In this document: piece by piece, positions 1 to 15,435 of the stretch
Layout: each line of letters begins with the position of its first letter
Numbering within the stretch: the first letter of the stretch is position 1
Source: Octopus sinensis
Taxonomy: Eukaryota
NCBI RefSeq assembly: GCF_006345805.1
Contig: NC_043022.1
Coordinates: forward strand, 23,002,001-23,066,000
DNA: 64,000 nucleotides
Direction: 5' to 3'
Made by a program: the position numbers and the translations under genes
The notes under the pieces: model-generated
What the model was told of the DNA's origin: nothing
Database searches by the model: none
Seen by the model: only the letters and a program-made list of their open reading frames with translations

Positions 1-320
1 ATATACATATATATACATATATCTATATACATATATATACATATATTATATACATATACATATATATACATCCTAAATAATATATATATATATATATACA
101 TATACAATATATGATATAATATATATATACATAATACATATACATATATATACATATATACATATATATATATATACTATATATACATATATCCATATAC
201 AATATATATACATATACATATATATATATATACTATATATACATATATACATAATACATATATATATATATACATATATATACATATATATACATATATA
301 ATATATATACATATATATAC

Positions 321-351
<31 letters not shown>

Positions 352-1349
352 CATATATATACATAATAAAAAATATACATATATATTCTATAATACAATA
401 AGACAATATCTATATACATATATATACATATACTATATATACATATACATATATATACATATACATATATATACATATCATTATACATATAATATACATA
501 TTATATCATATACATATATATCATCATATATATATTACATATATATACATATATATATATATACATATACATATATATACATATATATATACATATACTA
601 ATTATATACATATATATATAAATACATATACATATATTACATATATATATATAATATACTATACATATATATATATATATACATATATATACATATATAT
701 ACATATACATATATCTATACATATATAACATATATATACATATATATATATATATACATACATTCTATAATTACATACATATACATATACAATACATATA
801 CATATATATACATATATATATTATATACATATATATATACATACATATATATAATACATATATATACCTAATATAACATATATATATATCATATTATATA
901 TACATATATTATACATGAATATATCCACTATATATACATATATATATATATACATATATATATACATATATATATAATATATATACATACATATATATAA
1001 TACATATATATAACATAATATATTACATATATATATATATACATATCATATATATATACATATATATACATATATATACATATATATAATATACAATATT
1101 ACATATATATACATATATATATAATAAATATACATATATATATATATGAATATTACATATATATATATATGAATATATACATATATATATATGAATATAT
1201 ACATATTATAATATGAATATATACATATATATATATATGAATATATATACATATATATATATATATGAATATATACATATGAATATATACATATATATAT
1301 ATATGAATATACATATGAATATATATACATATAATATATATATATATGA

Positions 1350-1381
<32 letters not shown>

Positions 1382-4234
1382 CTATATATATATATATACA
1401 TATATATATGAATAGATACATATATATATATGAATATATACATATATATATACATATATATATATATATTGATATATACATTATATACATATATATATAT
1501 ATATGAATATATACATATATATATATATGAATATATACATGAATATATACATATATATATATATGAAATATAATATATAATGACATAATATACATATATA
1601 TATTATATGAATAAACTATATATATATATATATATACACATATACATATAGTATATATATATACACATTACATATATATATATATACACATATACAGATA
1701 TATATATATACACAGATACATATAGATATACACATATACATATATATACACATATACATATATATATATATACATATACTATATATATATATCGAACAAT
1801 ATACATATATATACATATATATATACATATACATATATAAAATACATATATACATATATATAGTACATAATACAGACATATATACCATATTATACATACC
1901 TACATACATACTATACATACATATACATAATATACATATATACATACATATATACATGAATAGATACATAGATATATATATATATACATATATATACACA
2001 TAATATAGTAATATATATATATACATATATATACACATATTATATACATATATGATAGATACATATATTACATATACATATATTATATACATATATATAA
2101 CAGAACATATATATACATATATATACATATACATACATATACATATATATAATATATATACATATACATATATATACATATATATACATATATATACATA
2201 TATATATATACATATACATAATATGACATATATATACATATATATATATACATATACACTATATATATATATATAACATATATACATATATACATATACA
2301 TATACTATAATATACATATACATATATATACATAATACAGATATATACATATATATATACATATACAGCTATATACATATACTATATATATATATATACA
2401 TATATATACATATACTATATATAATATATATATCTATAATATATACATATAATATAAATATACATAGATAGAATATATATATATACATATTATATCTAGC
2501 TATACACATATATATACATATACTATATATCAATATATACATATATATACATTACAATATATACATATATTATAATATACATATATATATATATACATAT
2601 ATATACATATATATACCATATATATATATATACATATACTATATATACATATACATATATATACATATAGATATAATCTTACCTATATATACATCTATAT
2701 AGATATATACATATATATACATATATATTATATATATACATATAATATATTATACATATATAGATATATACATATATATACATATACATATATACCATTG
2801 TTACATAATACCTATTACATTATATACATATATATACATATATATACATATAATATATAACATATATATACCTATACATATACATATATACATAAATATA
2901 TATACAATATATATAATACCTGATACATATATATACATATAGTATATATAGCATATACATATTATAGACATATACATATATATACATATACATATATACA
3001 TATATATACATATACATATACATATATACATATAATACATATACATATCATATATATACATATACATATATATACATATATATATATATACATACATATA
3101 CATATATATACTATATATATATATACATATACATACATATATATATATATACATATACAATATATACAGATATATAGATATACATATATACATAAGATAT
3201 ACATATATATATATATAGATATAACATATACATAATATACATATACATATATATACATATACATATACATCTATATACATATTACATATAAAATATATAC
3301 ATATATATATATACACTAGACATATATATACATATACATATATATACATAACATATATATATATATATACATATACATATAATATATATACATATACATA
3401 TATATACATATATATTATATATACATACACATATATACATTATATATATATATATATACATATATATACATAATATATACATATACATATACATATATAT
3501 ACATAGACATATACATATATAGACATTATATATATATTACATATACATATATATACATATATATAATAAATATACAGATATATACATATACATACATATA
3601 CATATATATATATACTATATATATAATATATATACATATATATAGTATACATATACATATATATATATATATATACATATATAACATATATATAGATATA
3701 TAACATAGACATATATACATATATATACATATATACATATATATACATATATATAATATATATATACATTACATATATATAGATATACATATACATATTA
3801 TATATATATACATATTATATATATACTATATATATAGATAAATATATATACATATATAGATATATACATAATATATATATACATATAGATATATATACAT
3901 ATATATATATATACATATGAATATATATATCATATATATATATATATACATATATATATATCATATATATATATATACATATATATATATAGATACAATA
4001 CATATAGATACATATATATATATATACATATACATAATCATATATATACATATACATATATATACATACAGCTATATATATATATATACATATACAATAT
4101 TATATATATATTACATATACATATATGTATACATATACATATATATATATACATATACATATATACTATATATACAATATAGTATATTATCATATACATA
4201 TAATTATTATATACATATATATATTATACATAAC

Positions 4235-4265
<31 letters not shown>

Positions 4266-4386
4266 CATATATATCTATACTATTATATATATATACATAA
4301 TATATATATTACATAATATATATATACATATACTATAATATATATATATTACAATGATATATACATATATATATATATACATATAC

Positions 4387-4418
<32 letters not shown>

Positions 4419-4620
4419 GTATACATATACATATATATATATGATATACATATATATATAGATATACATATATATACATAGATATACATATATATACATA
4501 TACATATATATACATATACATACATATACATATATATACATATACATATATATACATATACACATATATATACATATACACATATATATACATATACAAA
4601 CAAAAATTACACACACACAT
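1..4620. repeat. Long degenerate (TA)n/(TATACA)n low-complexity microsatellite tract
   Basis: About 4.6 kb composed almost only of TA/CA dinucleotides; ORFs here are Y/I/M/C/V artefacts. Confidence 0.97.
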
Positions 4621-5621
4621 TATGTATCTATTTCTCTCTCCATACACACACCCACACATACACACATATGGTCCCAAAAAAGACAACAATGAAGTGAAAG
4701 AACAACAAACAGAATGTATTAATTTAATACTCAGGGAAAATGTTCCAAAATATCATCATTTTATGTTCACTTTCCATGCTGGCATGGGTTGGATGACTCA
4801 TCACAGCTGCAGTACAAGCCAGTTCATAGTCAGATTCCCAAGGAATCAAATGACAGCATCTCACTCATATATTCCATTCTTGGCATGATTTCTAAGGTCG
4901 GATGCTCTTTTTGATACCAACAGCAAGGTTTTATGTTCTCGACAAAAGTCTTTTCCACCCTATGTTGTCTTCATTCATTTGCCAGCTTTACAGAGTGTAC
5001 GAGGTGCTAGAATATGGCCTGGTTCTCCGTCAGTTATGGCAACAAGTGTTCCAGTTGATATGATCAACCAAACAGCCTGCTTGTGAAATTAACAAGCTAG
5101 TGGCTGAGCACTCCACAGACATGTGTACCATTAATGTAGTTGTCAGGGAAATTCAAAATGACACAGAGGAGTGTGACAAGGATGGTTCTTTGAATTACAG
5201 ATATAATTCAATTTTGCCAGCTGAATGGACTGAAGTTTAACAAGAAATAAATATTGTACTACTGGGAACTGAACTCTTGACCTCACAGTCATGAGCCAAA
5301 TCCCTCTAACCACTAAGCCATGCACCTTCCCAGAGTATATCAGTGCTAGAAAGGCTGCATTGTTCCCTACAGAACCAAAGAGCCCTCACTCGGTTGTCCC
5401 TTCTTTTTCAAGGCAAACTTAACTGAGCAGATGTATTTTCTTTATTTGCTTCAGTCATTAGACTGTGGCCATGCTGGGGCACTTCTTTGAAGAATTTTTA
5501 TTTGAATGAATCAACACCAATATTTTTTTTTTTAAACCTGGTACTTTATTGTATTGGTCTCTTTTGCTGAACTGCTAAGTTACAGGGACATAAACACACC
5601 AACACCAGTGTCATGGGGTGG

Positions 5622-5688
<67 letters not shown>

Positions 5689-5849
5689 TACGACGGGCTT
5701 CTTTCAGTTTCCATCTACCAAATCCATTCACAAGGCTTTGGTCGGGCCAAGGCTATAATAGAAGACATTTGACCTAGGTGCCATGTAGTGGGACTGAACC
5801 CAGAACCATGTGGTTGGGAAGCAAGCTTCTTACCAAACAGCCACATGAG

Positions 5850-6660
5850 AATAAAGGAATGTGGGGAAGGAAAAGAGAGTAATAGGAAAGAGAATGGTAA
5901 GGGTAGGAGTAATGAAAGTAATGGTGACAGATGGCTTCATGTTAGTGAGGAAGATAGAGTGGTGATAGGAAGAGTAGTGGAAGTGAAAGGGAATGACAGT
6001 GATAGGGGAGGGAGTAATGTGAAAGAGGAAGGTTTGAAGAGAGAAATGAGTAGCAGTATGAGCTATGCCAACAAAGTGTAGGGGAGGGAGAAATGTGAGA
6101 CAGAATGAAGAATTGAAGGATGGCACTTGAGATAGGTGATGGCAAGACAGAGCAAGTGATGGATGACAATAGAGATGCCAATGGTAAGCGATAATTGTGG
6201 ATGTCAATGAGAAGTAAAATGTAAGAGAGAGAGCAGGGGGAGGGTGTAGGAAGGGACCGAGGGTTAAAAATTATGAAGGGTAGCAGTAGGGTGAATCTGT
6301 ATCAGCCATGGGTACCCTGCAGCCTGTGGGATTTTCTGAAAGGCATGCCTAGTGAAAAGTTACCTTCAGTTTCTTTAGTAGTGTGGCCTGCCTGAAGATA
6401 AGCCATGGCATGTGTGGCCCACTTCTTGAAAGAGGTTGCCTGTGTCTGTTATATATAGCTGGGTCTGATCCATTCTATTGTGAAGGAAGAGAGGCAGAAT
6501 GACAGAAATAAATGATGGAGAGGAGATTGAATATAGACTGATCCAATATAATTCTTTGTTGTACAGGTAGTATGGTGCAGTAAATAGGAGAGAGGATGAG
6601 CAATGGGTGAGAAGGTCAAAAAAGGGATAGCATAGACTTAACAGAAATATAATGGTTAGA
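5850..6660 (-). mobile_element. Degraded Penelope-like retroelement relic (possible GIY-YIG remnant)
   Basis: Minus-strand LYITDTGNLFQ resembles the Penelope endonuclease LYIGETGR.L motif, followed by a pyrimidine-rich tail; heavily decayed. Confidence 0.3.
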
Positions 6661-7307
6661 GGCCCAAAAATAAATATCACACCACCACCATTTAATGAGC
6701 ATTATGCCATGCTTGCTGGCTTAGGGGTTATGGTGTTGGAGTCATGATTGTAAGATTGTGGTTTCAATTCCTGGACCAGAAGATGCAATGTGTTCTTAAG
6801 CAAAACACTTCATTTAACATTGCTCTAGTCCACTCAGCTGGCAAAAATGGGTAATTCTGTGATGGACCAGCATCCTGTCCAGGGAGGAATATGTATGCCA
6901 GGGAAACCAGGAAACTGGTCCTTTCCTCCTCACAGAATGTGGGTTTGGCAAGTCTTCTCTAGCACTGGGTGTCATCACCATCACATTTCTTTGTCATCAT
7001 TTTTGGGAGTTCATCTTTATTATAAGTCATCTTCACTACATCATCCCGTGTCTTCCTGGGTTTTCCCACCTTCCACTGGTTTCATCCACCAAAGTCTTCA
7101 ACACTTCTTTATACAACTGACATTCTACTTATGCATCACATGTCTTCGCTGACACAACTTTCTCGCTTCGAAACTCTGCATCTGATTCTGATTCTTCTGA
7201 TTGCCAAATTGTCTCTCAATTCTGTTGTTCATGCTAACTAGCATTGCTTGCTTCATTGCATTCTCACCATCATAAATTTTCTGTATATCATCTTATAAAA
7301 ATACAGT

Positions 7308-7341
<34 letters not shown>

Positions 7342-9829
7342 AATGCAATACTAGAAACATTTTGCCATAGTGCAGGTTTTGGTCTTCTCTAGTGGGGGGG
7401 GGGGCAATTGGCCATCTGCTTCCTTAAACATACATAAAGTGGCCACCCTGTGTGACTCACACACTCTGCACTCCCCACCCACACATTATGTCACATAAAA
7501 CAGTTTGAACCAATTTGTGTGCAGCTGAAATACATCTGCAGCAGATGGCACTAAAATATTGTGATGGAACAGATATATGCCATTACTTAAAAGATTGAAG
7601 CACTTAACAAAAAAAAAACTATTGCAAAAAACATCCTGATTACAATTCTTTGAGACATTTCTGAGTAAACAAATAAGTTAAGGATAACCAGCTAGACATT
7701 GTTATTGTAAATACCTTTTTACCTGTTTATAATATTTCAAAAGGTCTTAGGGGTAGATATAAAACAACGGAAGGGGAGGGATGAAGGAAAAGCTTTCCTT
7801 TATCTCCAGAGATTCAGACTAGTTATGTAACAGAAAAAGTAAACTTATGCAAGATGCTAGATATCAAACAACTAGATACACAAACTTTACAAAACATAAC
7901 ATTAGTAGATACAACAGACATTCTACGGAGGGTTACTCTCCTTAAACTGAATATATGAAACAGATTTACACGCATACATGCAAACATATACACACTGTAT
8001 GCATTTAAAACAAATGAAGTTCAGTTTGATGTTGCAGGAGAAAAACATGCTAAAAGGGACATAATAATGATTTCATTTATTTGATAACAACAGCAATGAA
8101 ATAATACTTATAATAATAAAATGATACTATTAATAATAACTTCTATAATTTTTAATAGAACAATTATCATTACTGTTGTTATTATTATAAGCAAGAACAT
8201 GCTTGTTCCACATTTACAAATTTTCTCATTTCTACTTTGATGTGTACATTTAATAGATCTTATAACAGTGTTTCCATTAATGTGTAAAAAATCTTCAGAT
8301 TCATTCCATAGTTAAGATTGTTTAAAGCATAACACATGAAAGCCATGACAAAAAAGTATTTTAGATTATAAATTTTTCCCATCTTTTTTAAGGTGTTTGC
8401 CCTCCTTTAAAAAAAAGTGAGATGTTGAACCAAAAGAGAATAACAATAATGCTATAATTTGCTATATATATCATTTGATTATTAATACTTAATAACACTG
8501 CCTCATGTATAGATTTTTCTTTGTTTTGATGAGAGAACTTTTTTAACAAATGTGAAGATCAAACACCATTGTTTAATATACAAGGGAAAATACTGTGTTT
8601 TTATTAAATTCAATCAAACCTACCTCATCAAGGCTTGCTGCTGCCCGGAAGTTTGTAGAGATTCATTGCCAAAAAAACACCGGCTCATTTCATATCTGTT
8701 TCATCAAAGAGTGCTGTAGAGCAGGGGTTTAGCTAAGATAGCAATGTGGTTTTTATCCCACTGATGGAGGGCCTTGAGAAAAGCATGAACATTGCTACTA
8801 CCCGTTTCTCCAGTTTCTTCCCTTAAATGAAAAAAAAAGAAAAAAGAAAATAGGGCCTTCATGTGCCTAAATAGTCATCAACACACAAAGAAAAAAAAAG
8901 AAGAAAATGAAAAATTTTTTAAAAACCTGAAACCATCAAACAACTAACTCTACTCATTTGATTTGATAGCAGAAGCTATGTGGTGCCATTTCAATCAACT
9001 TCCCGTTCCGGATTGTAAGGGTTCAATTCCCAGTCACACCAGCATCAAGACTCTCATGGATTGTTAAATAAAGATACTATTTTCTTGATCTATCATTGAT
9101 CTTTACCAATCAATATTTTATAATCACAGGAAAAGAAAAGAAAAAAAACTTTTTGTAAGATTATTGTTATTGCATTTAAAAACAAAAAAAAGCCAAAATC
9201 TCTTTTGACATTAACTGGTTACTATTTTATTGTAACTAGTTTTTATTGTTTTCACTAAAATTATACAGACCCATTATTATCTTCATATTGATTGTAACAA
9301 ATGGTACGATTTCCTTAGACTTATATAGACTTGTAATATCAGTAAATAAAAATCACCAATGTTTTTTTATACAATCGCTGGAGGACTGTTAAAGTTGAAG
9401 CCGGCAGATATACGACACTAACCAAAGCTATAGAAATTCTTTAACAGCTCTCCCCAAGTTTATTTGAAAGAAGCAAAACCCCCAGAAAAAAAAGAAAATC
9501 AAGGGGAAACTTCCCAAAAGCCTTACAAACAATCCACATACACAGAAAAAAAAAATGGCTGGCTGTATTAGATATTTGATTAACAATCCAAAGTGTCATA
9601 ATTTCTAATCCACTGCAGTCATCTTGTGTATTTTGGCAGTATGCTACATTCCACATCGCCTCAGCTCGTCCCTAAGTTTACGGACATAGATACCAGACTT
9701 TCTGGGAATGAATGCTACCTGCGATTGTCTTGTGTCATGTTGAAATGGATGAGGTTTATCTCATCCGTTCTGTGTCATGAAACTAGCACTAACAGCCACT
9801 GGTTCCTGGAGATATCTACATTTTAAATA

Positions 9830-10060
9830 AGGTGGAGAGCGGCAGAAATGTTAGCATGCCGGGCGAAATGCTTAGCGGTATTTCGTCTGCCGTCACGTTC
9901 TGAGTTCAAATTCCGCCGAGGTTGACTTTGCCTTTCATCCTTTTGGGGTCGATAAATTAAGTACCAGTTACGCACTGGGGTCGATGTAATTGACTTAATC
10001 CGTTTGTCTGTCCTTGTTTGTCCCTTCTATGTTTAGCCCCTTGTGGGCAATAAAGATATA
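9830..10060 (+). mobile_element. SINE family B (ggcgagctggcagaa...ctgagttcaaattccgccgaggtcgac...taaagaaata) with 17-bp TSD
   Basis: Flanked by direct repeat gatatctacattttaaa. Other copies at ~22178-22600, 25198-25595, 25980-26210, 37420-37635, 37990-38220 (TSD ttggaatacct), 44670-44820, 56970-57180 and 57458-57680. Confidence 0.85.
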
Positions 10061-11643
10061 GATATCTACATTTTAAAAACTAAAACAGACCAAAAGAAAA
10101 AAAAAACCAACAAATTTTTACATGTTTATGTTCAAACCAGTGTGATGAACAGCTTAAAGCAAGAAGCTAGCTATTGGTGAGTGGAGACATATATGTGGTA
10201 TGCATCGTGAAGCAAGAGGCTAGCTAATCCTGCTACTGCTGAGTAGAGACCACGCTGTGGTTTCAAATTTTTAGCCCTAGCTTATATACTTTCTTTACAC
10301 TGCTAATTCTTCTAAGAAAGTCATGAATAGCTTCACAACAGCCAATTTTCCTCTTCCTCCTTCTCCCTCCCTAAAAATATAGGGCCTTTGTGCTTTAGCC
10401 TTAAGAAACTGTTATTTTGATATAAATATTATAAATATTTCATTCTTTTTTTATATATATACATATATATATATTATTATCATTATTCCCTAAAAAGTAG
10501 AAGATCTGTCTGAAAGTTGTCTTCTGGCTCATGTCGGAACAATATCAGCCAATGTGGGATTTGTAAACCCATGTTGTGAACCCTGTATGCCCACAGCAGG
10601 GTCATAAATGGCCGAGTTGTTTGAAGGTCCTACAAGCACACTGAAAGGTTGATGGACAATTTCAGCCAATGTGGGACTTATGACCCATGTTAAACCCTGC
10701 ATTCACTCTGGCAGGGTCATGACTGGCTGACTCCAGGGTCCTAGCAGCACTCTGAAATGTTAACGAACATCATCCTGCCAGTGACCAAGGTACTTAACTC
10801 TTGCTGACTGAGTCCACCTAGCTGTAAATAGGCAGAACTCATTGTTGTACTGAAGCTTTCACTATTCAAGTAGAAGTGAAATAGCTGTGTGGATGAGATT
10901 TTTTCGACTGTCGGATCAATGCTTGTAAGTTTAGATCCAATTGTTTCATTGTGTTTTTCAGACAGTTTACTTAACTCTCCTATTGCTTCAGTTAGTTGCC
11001 AATCACCTAGTAACCTATCCCAGAGGAGATTTCCCTCTCATTCACCACTTAAAACTAAAGAAAATAAAATTAATCACCGCTCTTATGGCTCTTTGTGATT
11101 AATAAAAGAATTATTATATTATCATCATCATCATCATCATCATTATTATTATTATTATCATCACCATTGTTATTATTATCATCATCATTATCATTGTTAT
11201 TACCATAATTATTATTATTTTCATTATTTTATTGTCATTGTTATTATCATTATTATCATTGTTATTATTGCCATTATTATAATTATTATCATCATCATTA
11301 TTATTATAATACTAAGAGTGATGGAAAGCAGATTTGACAGAGAACCAGATAAAAATGTCTTTGGGTTTGTCCCTTTACATTCTGGATTCGAATCTACCTT
11401 GGTCAACTTTGCATTTCATCTTTCCGGAGTCAATAAAATTAAGTACCAGTTGTATACTGGTGTTGGTTTAATTGACTATACCCTCTCCCCACCAAATTTG
11501 TGACCTTGTGCCTATGTAATAAAATCATTATTATTATTATTATTATTATTATTGTTATTTGAAACATGTTCATATTCAGTTGTTTGTTTTAGCTGTTTGT
11601 TTCAGCAGTGATTTAAAAGAGTTATCACAGTGAATATGTATGT

Positions 11644-11677
<34 letters not shown>

Positions 11678-12189
11678 TTGTGTTTGTGTGTGTGTGTGTG
11701 TGAACAAGTCAGAATTAAAGGAGATAAATAAAAATTTTCCTCATGAAATTAGGCAGCCCATTCAGAAAGCACTACTGGCTGCAGTTTGCCCATAACTGGA
11801 CTAAATCTTCCAAGGCAGTGCCCCAGCATGGCCACAGTCCAATGATAGAAACAAGTTGAAAGGAATTTAAAAAAAAAAAGGAATAACAACAACTGGAACC
11901 AGCTGAAGTTGGGAAAGCGTTAGATGGAAGATCTAAAAGTCCCTAGTTTGGCTCCAGGTTTCAGCAGCCAGTGCCTGGTCTGAATTCTTTCACGGGTGCA
12001 GGCCTAGCTGTATGGCAAGAAGTTTGCTTCCCACCCAGATGGTTCTATGTTCAATCCCAAAGTGTAGCACTTTGGGCAAGTGTCTTCTACTATAGCCTCA
12101 AGCCAACCTAAGTCTTGTGAATGAATTTGGGAGATGGAAACTGAAAGAAGCCCATCATCTATCTATTTATATGTATGTGTATGTATATA

Positions 12190-12492
12190 TATCACTGTGA
12201 CCGACCAGGCTATCAGATGTTGCTACACATCGCTGGTCACAATGTGCTTCACATTGTTTTAGCCTTCAAATGACGCCACCCTACTGGCGTCGAGCAGGCC
12301 AACAGAAGAAAGAGAGAAAGTTGCGGTGAATGAGTACAGCAGGGAACGCCACCCATCCCCCCTGCCGGAGCCTCATGGAGCTTTAGGTGTTTTTACTCAA
12401 TAGACACTCACAACGCCCGATCTGAGAATCAAAACCACGATCCTACAACCGTGAGTCCGCTGCCCTAACCACTGGGCCACTGCGCCTCCACA
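12190..12492 (-). mobile_element. tRNA-derived SINE family C (tgtggaggcgca.tggcccagtggttagggcagcgg...gattcccagac)
   Basis: Pol III A/B-box-like head. Related copies at ~20335-20630, 21637-21927, 27262-27583, 33477-33770, 36485-36730, 43245-43550, 46625-46880, 54025-54320, 55400-55780 and 56370-56665. Confidence 0.85.
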
Positions 12493-12558
12493 TGTATATA
12501 TATATATATATATATATATAGGTAGAAAGTATGGTGGGTGATTACACATGGTTGAATA

Positions 12559-12877
12559 TATATGGAAAGAAATAAGATGAAAAAACACAGATTTGTTTTA
12601 CAAGACTAAAGAATATATTAGAATCACAATAGCAAAAGTATTATACAATATTGTACAAAATAAGATTTTTTCCTTCCAACATAGTCCCCAATGTCTAATT
12701 CAGAATTTCATCCAAAACTCAAAATTTGAAAAGCAATAACAAAACCGGTTATTATGTTGAAAGAAAAAAAATCTCATATCGTACAATATTATACAATACT
12801 TTTGCTATTATGATTCTAATATATTCTTTTGTCTTGTAAAACAAATTTGTGTTTTTCAATCTTATTTCTTTCCATAC
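12559..12877. repeat. Palindromic element, ~115-bp inverted arms, flanked by (TA)n
   Basis: 12559-12672 is the reverse complement of 12764-12877 (e.g. gaatatattagaatca / tgattctaatatattc). Confidence 0.85.
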
Positions 12878-12879
12878 AT

Positions 12880-12935
<56 letters not shown>

Positions 12936-13520
12936 GCCTTGTACCTCTCTCTATGTCCTTTTGATTTCCTCTCTTTCTCGCTCTTCCCCTAATTCTTCAA
13001 TCCCTCTGTCCCCTACCTCTCCCTTTTCCTTCCACATAACCATTGCTCGGCTAAGCATGATCTTTCTTTCTTGGTTCAACTGCCAGCCACAAAGCATCTC
13101 TTATATTCCTGTCTCATGATTTTCACCTCTTATGTTCATGCCTCAAGGCTTTCACTACACATGCCGGCTTGACTTGATTCGTCTTTATTGGTTAAAAGAC
13201 ACCTGTTGTTATTTTATTGTAGTTTGTATTTGTAATTGTATAACATTTTCTTCGTCTTTTTTTTGTCTTTGTCGTCGTACACATTCACTTGCTTTCTCCC
13301 CCAAAATTTACTGCTCATAGTGTAGATTTTTGGGGCCAGCCAGATTTGAACAGTCTCAAGTGTAACTGGCCAAAACTGTAAGGATAATCTGGAAACTTGA
13401 CTGAAGAAAGAAGGCTGCGAATGACCCATCCTTGTTTTAGCCTGTCCGTCTTTGTATTGTCTATCTGTCTGGATGTTTCATTGTTGTCTACTGCATTCTT
13501 GTTCCATTTTGGGATTTATA

Positions 13521-13572
<52 letters not shown>

Positions 13573-14421
13573 TGAGTCACCTAAGAGTCCATAAGCCTGG
13601 GAAAAGATGCACTCATATGTCTGTCAATAGAGAGGGTATATTATCTGAAATCTACAGTATCATATATCCATTGATTTGGGGTCGATTTGCTCAACTAAAG
13701 GCGGTGCTCCAGCATGGCCACAGTCAAATGACTGACACAAGTAAAAGAGAGTAAAAAGAGAGGCTTAACAAAAAAAAAAAAACAATTAAGGTTGATTCAT
13801 TTGACTAAAAATTTTTCAAGGTGGTGACCCAGCATGGCCATAATCTAAAACTGAAACAAGTAAGAGATAAAATATGAAAGAAGCCCAAGTAGGAACCATA
13901 CCAAGTAAACGAGTTTGTTAAGCTAATGGGCTTAATTTCAGCATTGATTCTACTGCTAACTTAGAAAATCTCCCTTTAAAGTGAATTTTATATGAAGGAA
14001 GTCAAGCTGATGGTTGCAGCATGCTGCTTTAGTTAATGTAAATAAAAGCTTTGAAAGTTATATTTCAAAGTGGGTTCATTGTTAGCCGAAGATATCTTTC
14101 GTGAGATTGAGATAATTTACTGTCAACAAGTACAAGATTGATTGCTGCTTAGAGAAGAGGGGGTTATCAATCTCCGAGCATTTTGAATCGGCATCATATG
14201 ATATCAGGGGTTTTATTGGACACACACACCCGACACAGTCACTCACACACGCAGATCTCTCTCTCTCTCTTGCTCATACACACAAACATATACATACATA
14301 TGTGTGTATGCATAATACAATTTACATATATATATGAATATACAAATTATATAATACATATAATTCATATACACACACACATATGCATAAACATAGAATA
14401 TACATATAGATATGAATACAC

Positions 14422-14875
14422 ATTTATGTGAAAGTTTATACATTTGTGTGCATATGTGTGTTTGTGTGTGCATTTATGAGTGTGTGTATATGTATATGCA
14501 TGAGTGTGTGCATGAGCGCGTGCATGTGAGTGTGTGTGCATATGTGTGCATGTGTGTTTATATGTATATGTGAAAGTTTACTTGTGTTTGTGTATACGTG
14601 TGTGTGCATGTCAGTGTGCATATAATATTTATATAAATACACACAATTAATATAACATATATCTATATATATATATATATATATATATCATGGCTACCGA
14701 ATAATTGTCACATATTACATTTACAGATATATATATATATACACACATACATATAGATCATATAATATACATAAATATATAAATAGATACCTAAATCATA
14801 TATATATATATACCCATAATACATATATATATAAATATATGTAATGCATATAGTATATATAAATCCACATAATGC

Positions 14876-14910
<35 letters not shown>

Positions 14911-15435
14911 TAAATGAACATAATACATATAATGTATGTATGAATGTATGTATGCATTTGCAAATATATATATGAGGAAAATTAGCTTGAGATATTCAAT
15001 ATTAACTTTCCATCTGTCCGAGCTCTGCCATACAATATTCTCCTAAATTTCTTCATTCATCATTAACTAATATCATTTGACATCAAATTATTTGAAATCC
15101 TGCACGCATGCACATACACACACACATGGACAGATACACACACAAATAACAGTTAAGCTTTCACATATATACACCATCATAGATATGCACATACACATAT
15201 GTATGCACACACATATGCACAAATGCACATACACATATGCACACACACGTATACACAAACACAAGTAAACTTTCACATATACATATAAACACACATGCAC
15301 ACATATGCACACACACTCACATGCACGCACTCATGCACACACTCATGCATATACATATACACACACTCATAAATGCACACACATGTATACACACAAACAC
15401 ACATATGCACACAAATGTATAAACTTTCACATAAA
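14422..15435. repeat. Inverted duplication of a ~190-bp compound microsatellite segment
   Basis: 14422-14609 and 15237-15435 are reverse complements; the same peptide appears in ORFs 14436..14642(-) and 15237..15422(+). Confidence 0.85.

Noticed and set aside
73-4689. Numerous 60-250 aa ORFs rich in Y/I/M/C/V
   Set aside because: Translations of TA/CA microsatellite; no real coding signal
10142-10242. Possible C/D-box snoRNA (GTGATGA...CTGA)
   Set aside because: No convincing terminal stem or recognisable rRNA guide; the interior is a short degenerate tandem duplication
10539-10760. SECIS or hammerhead interpretation of the tandem structured motif
   Set aside because: ATGA and AA are present, but helix II does not close on a GA quartet, and the CUGANGA/GAAA core is absent
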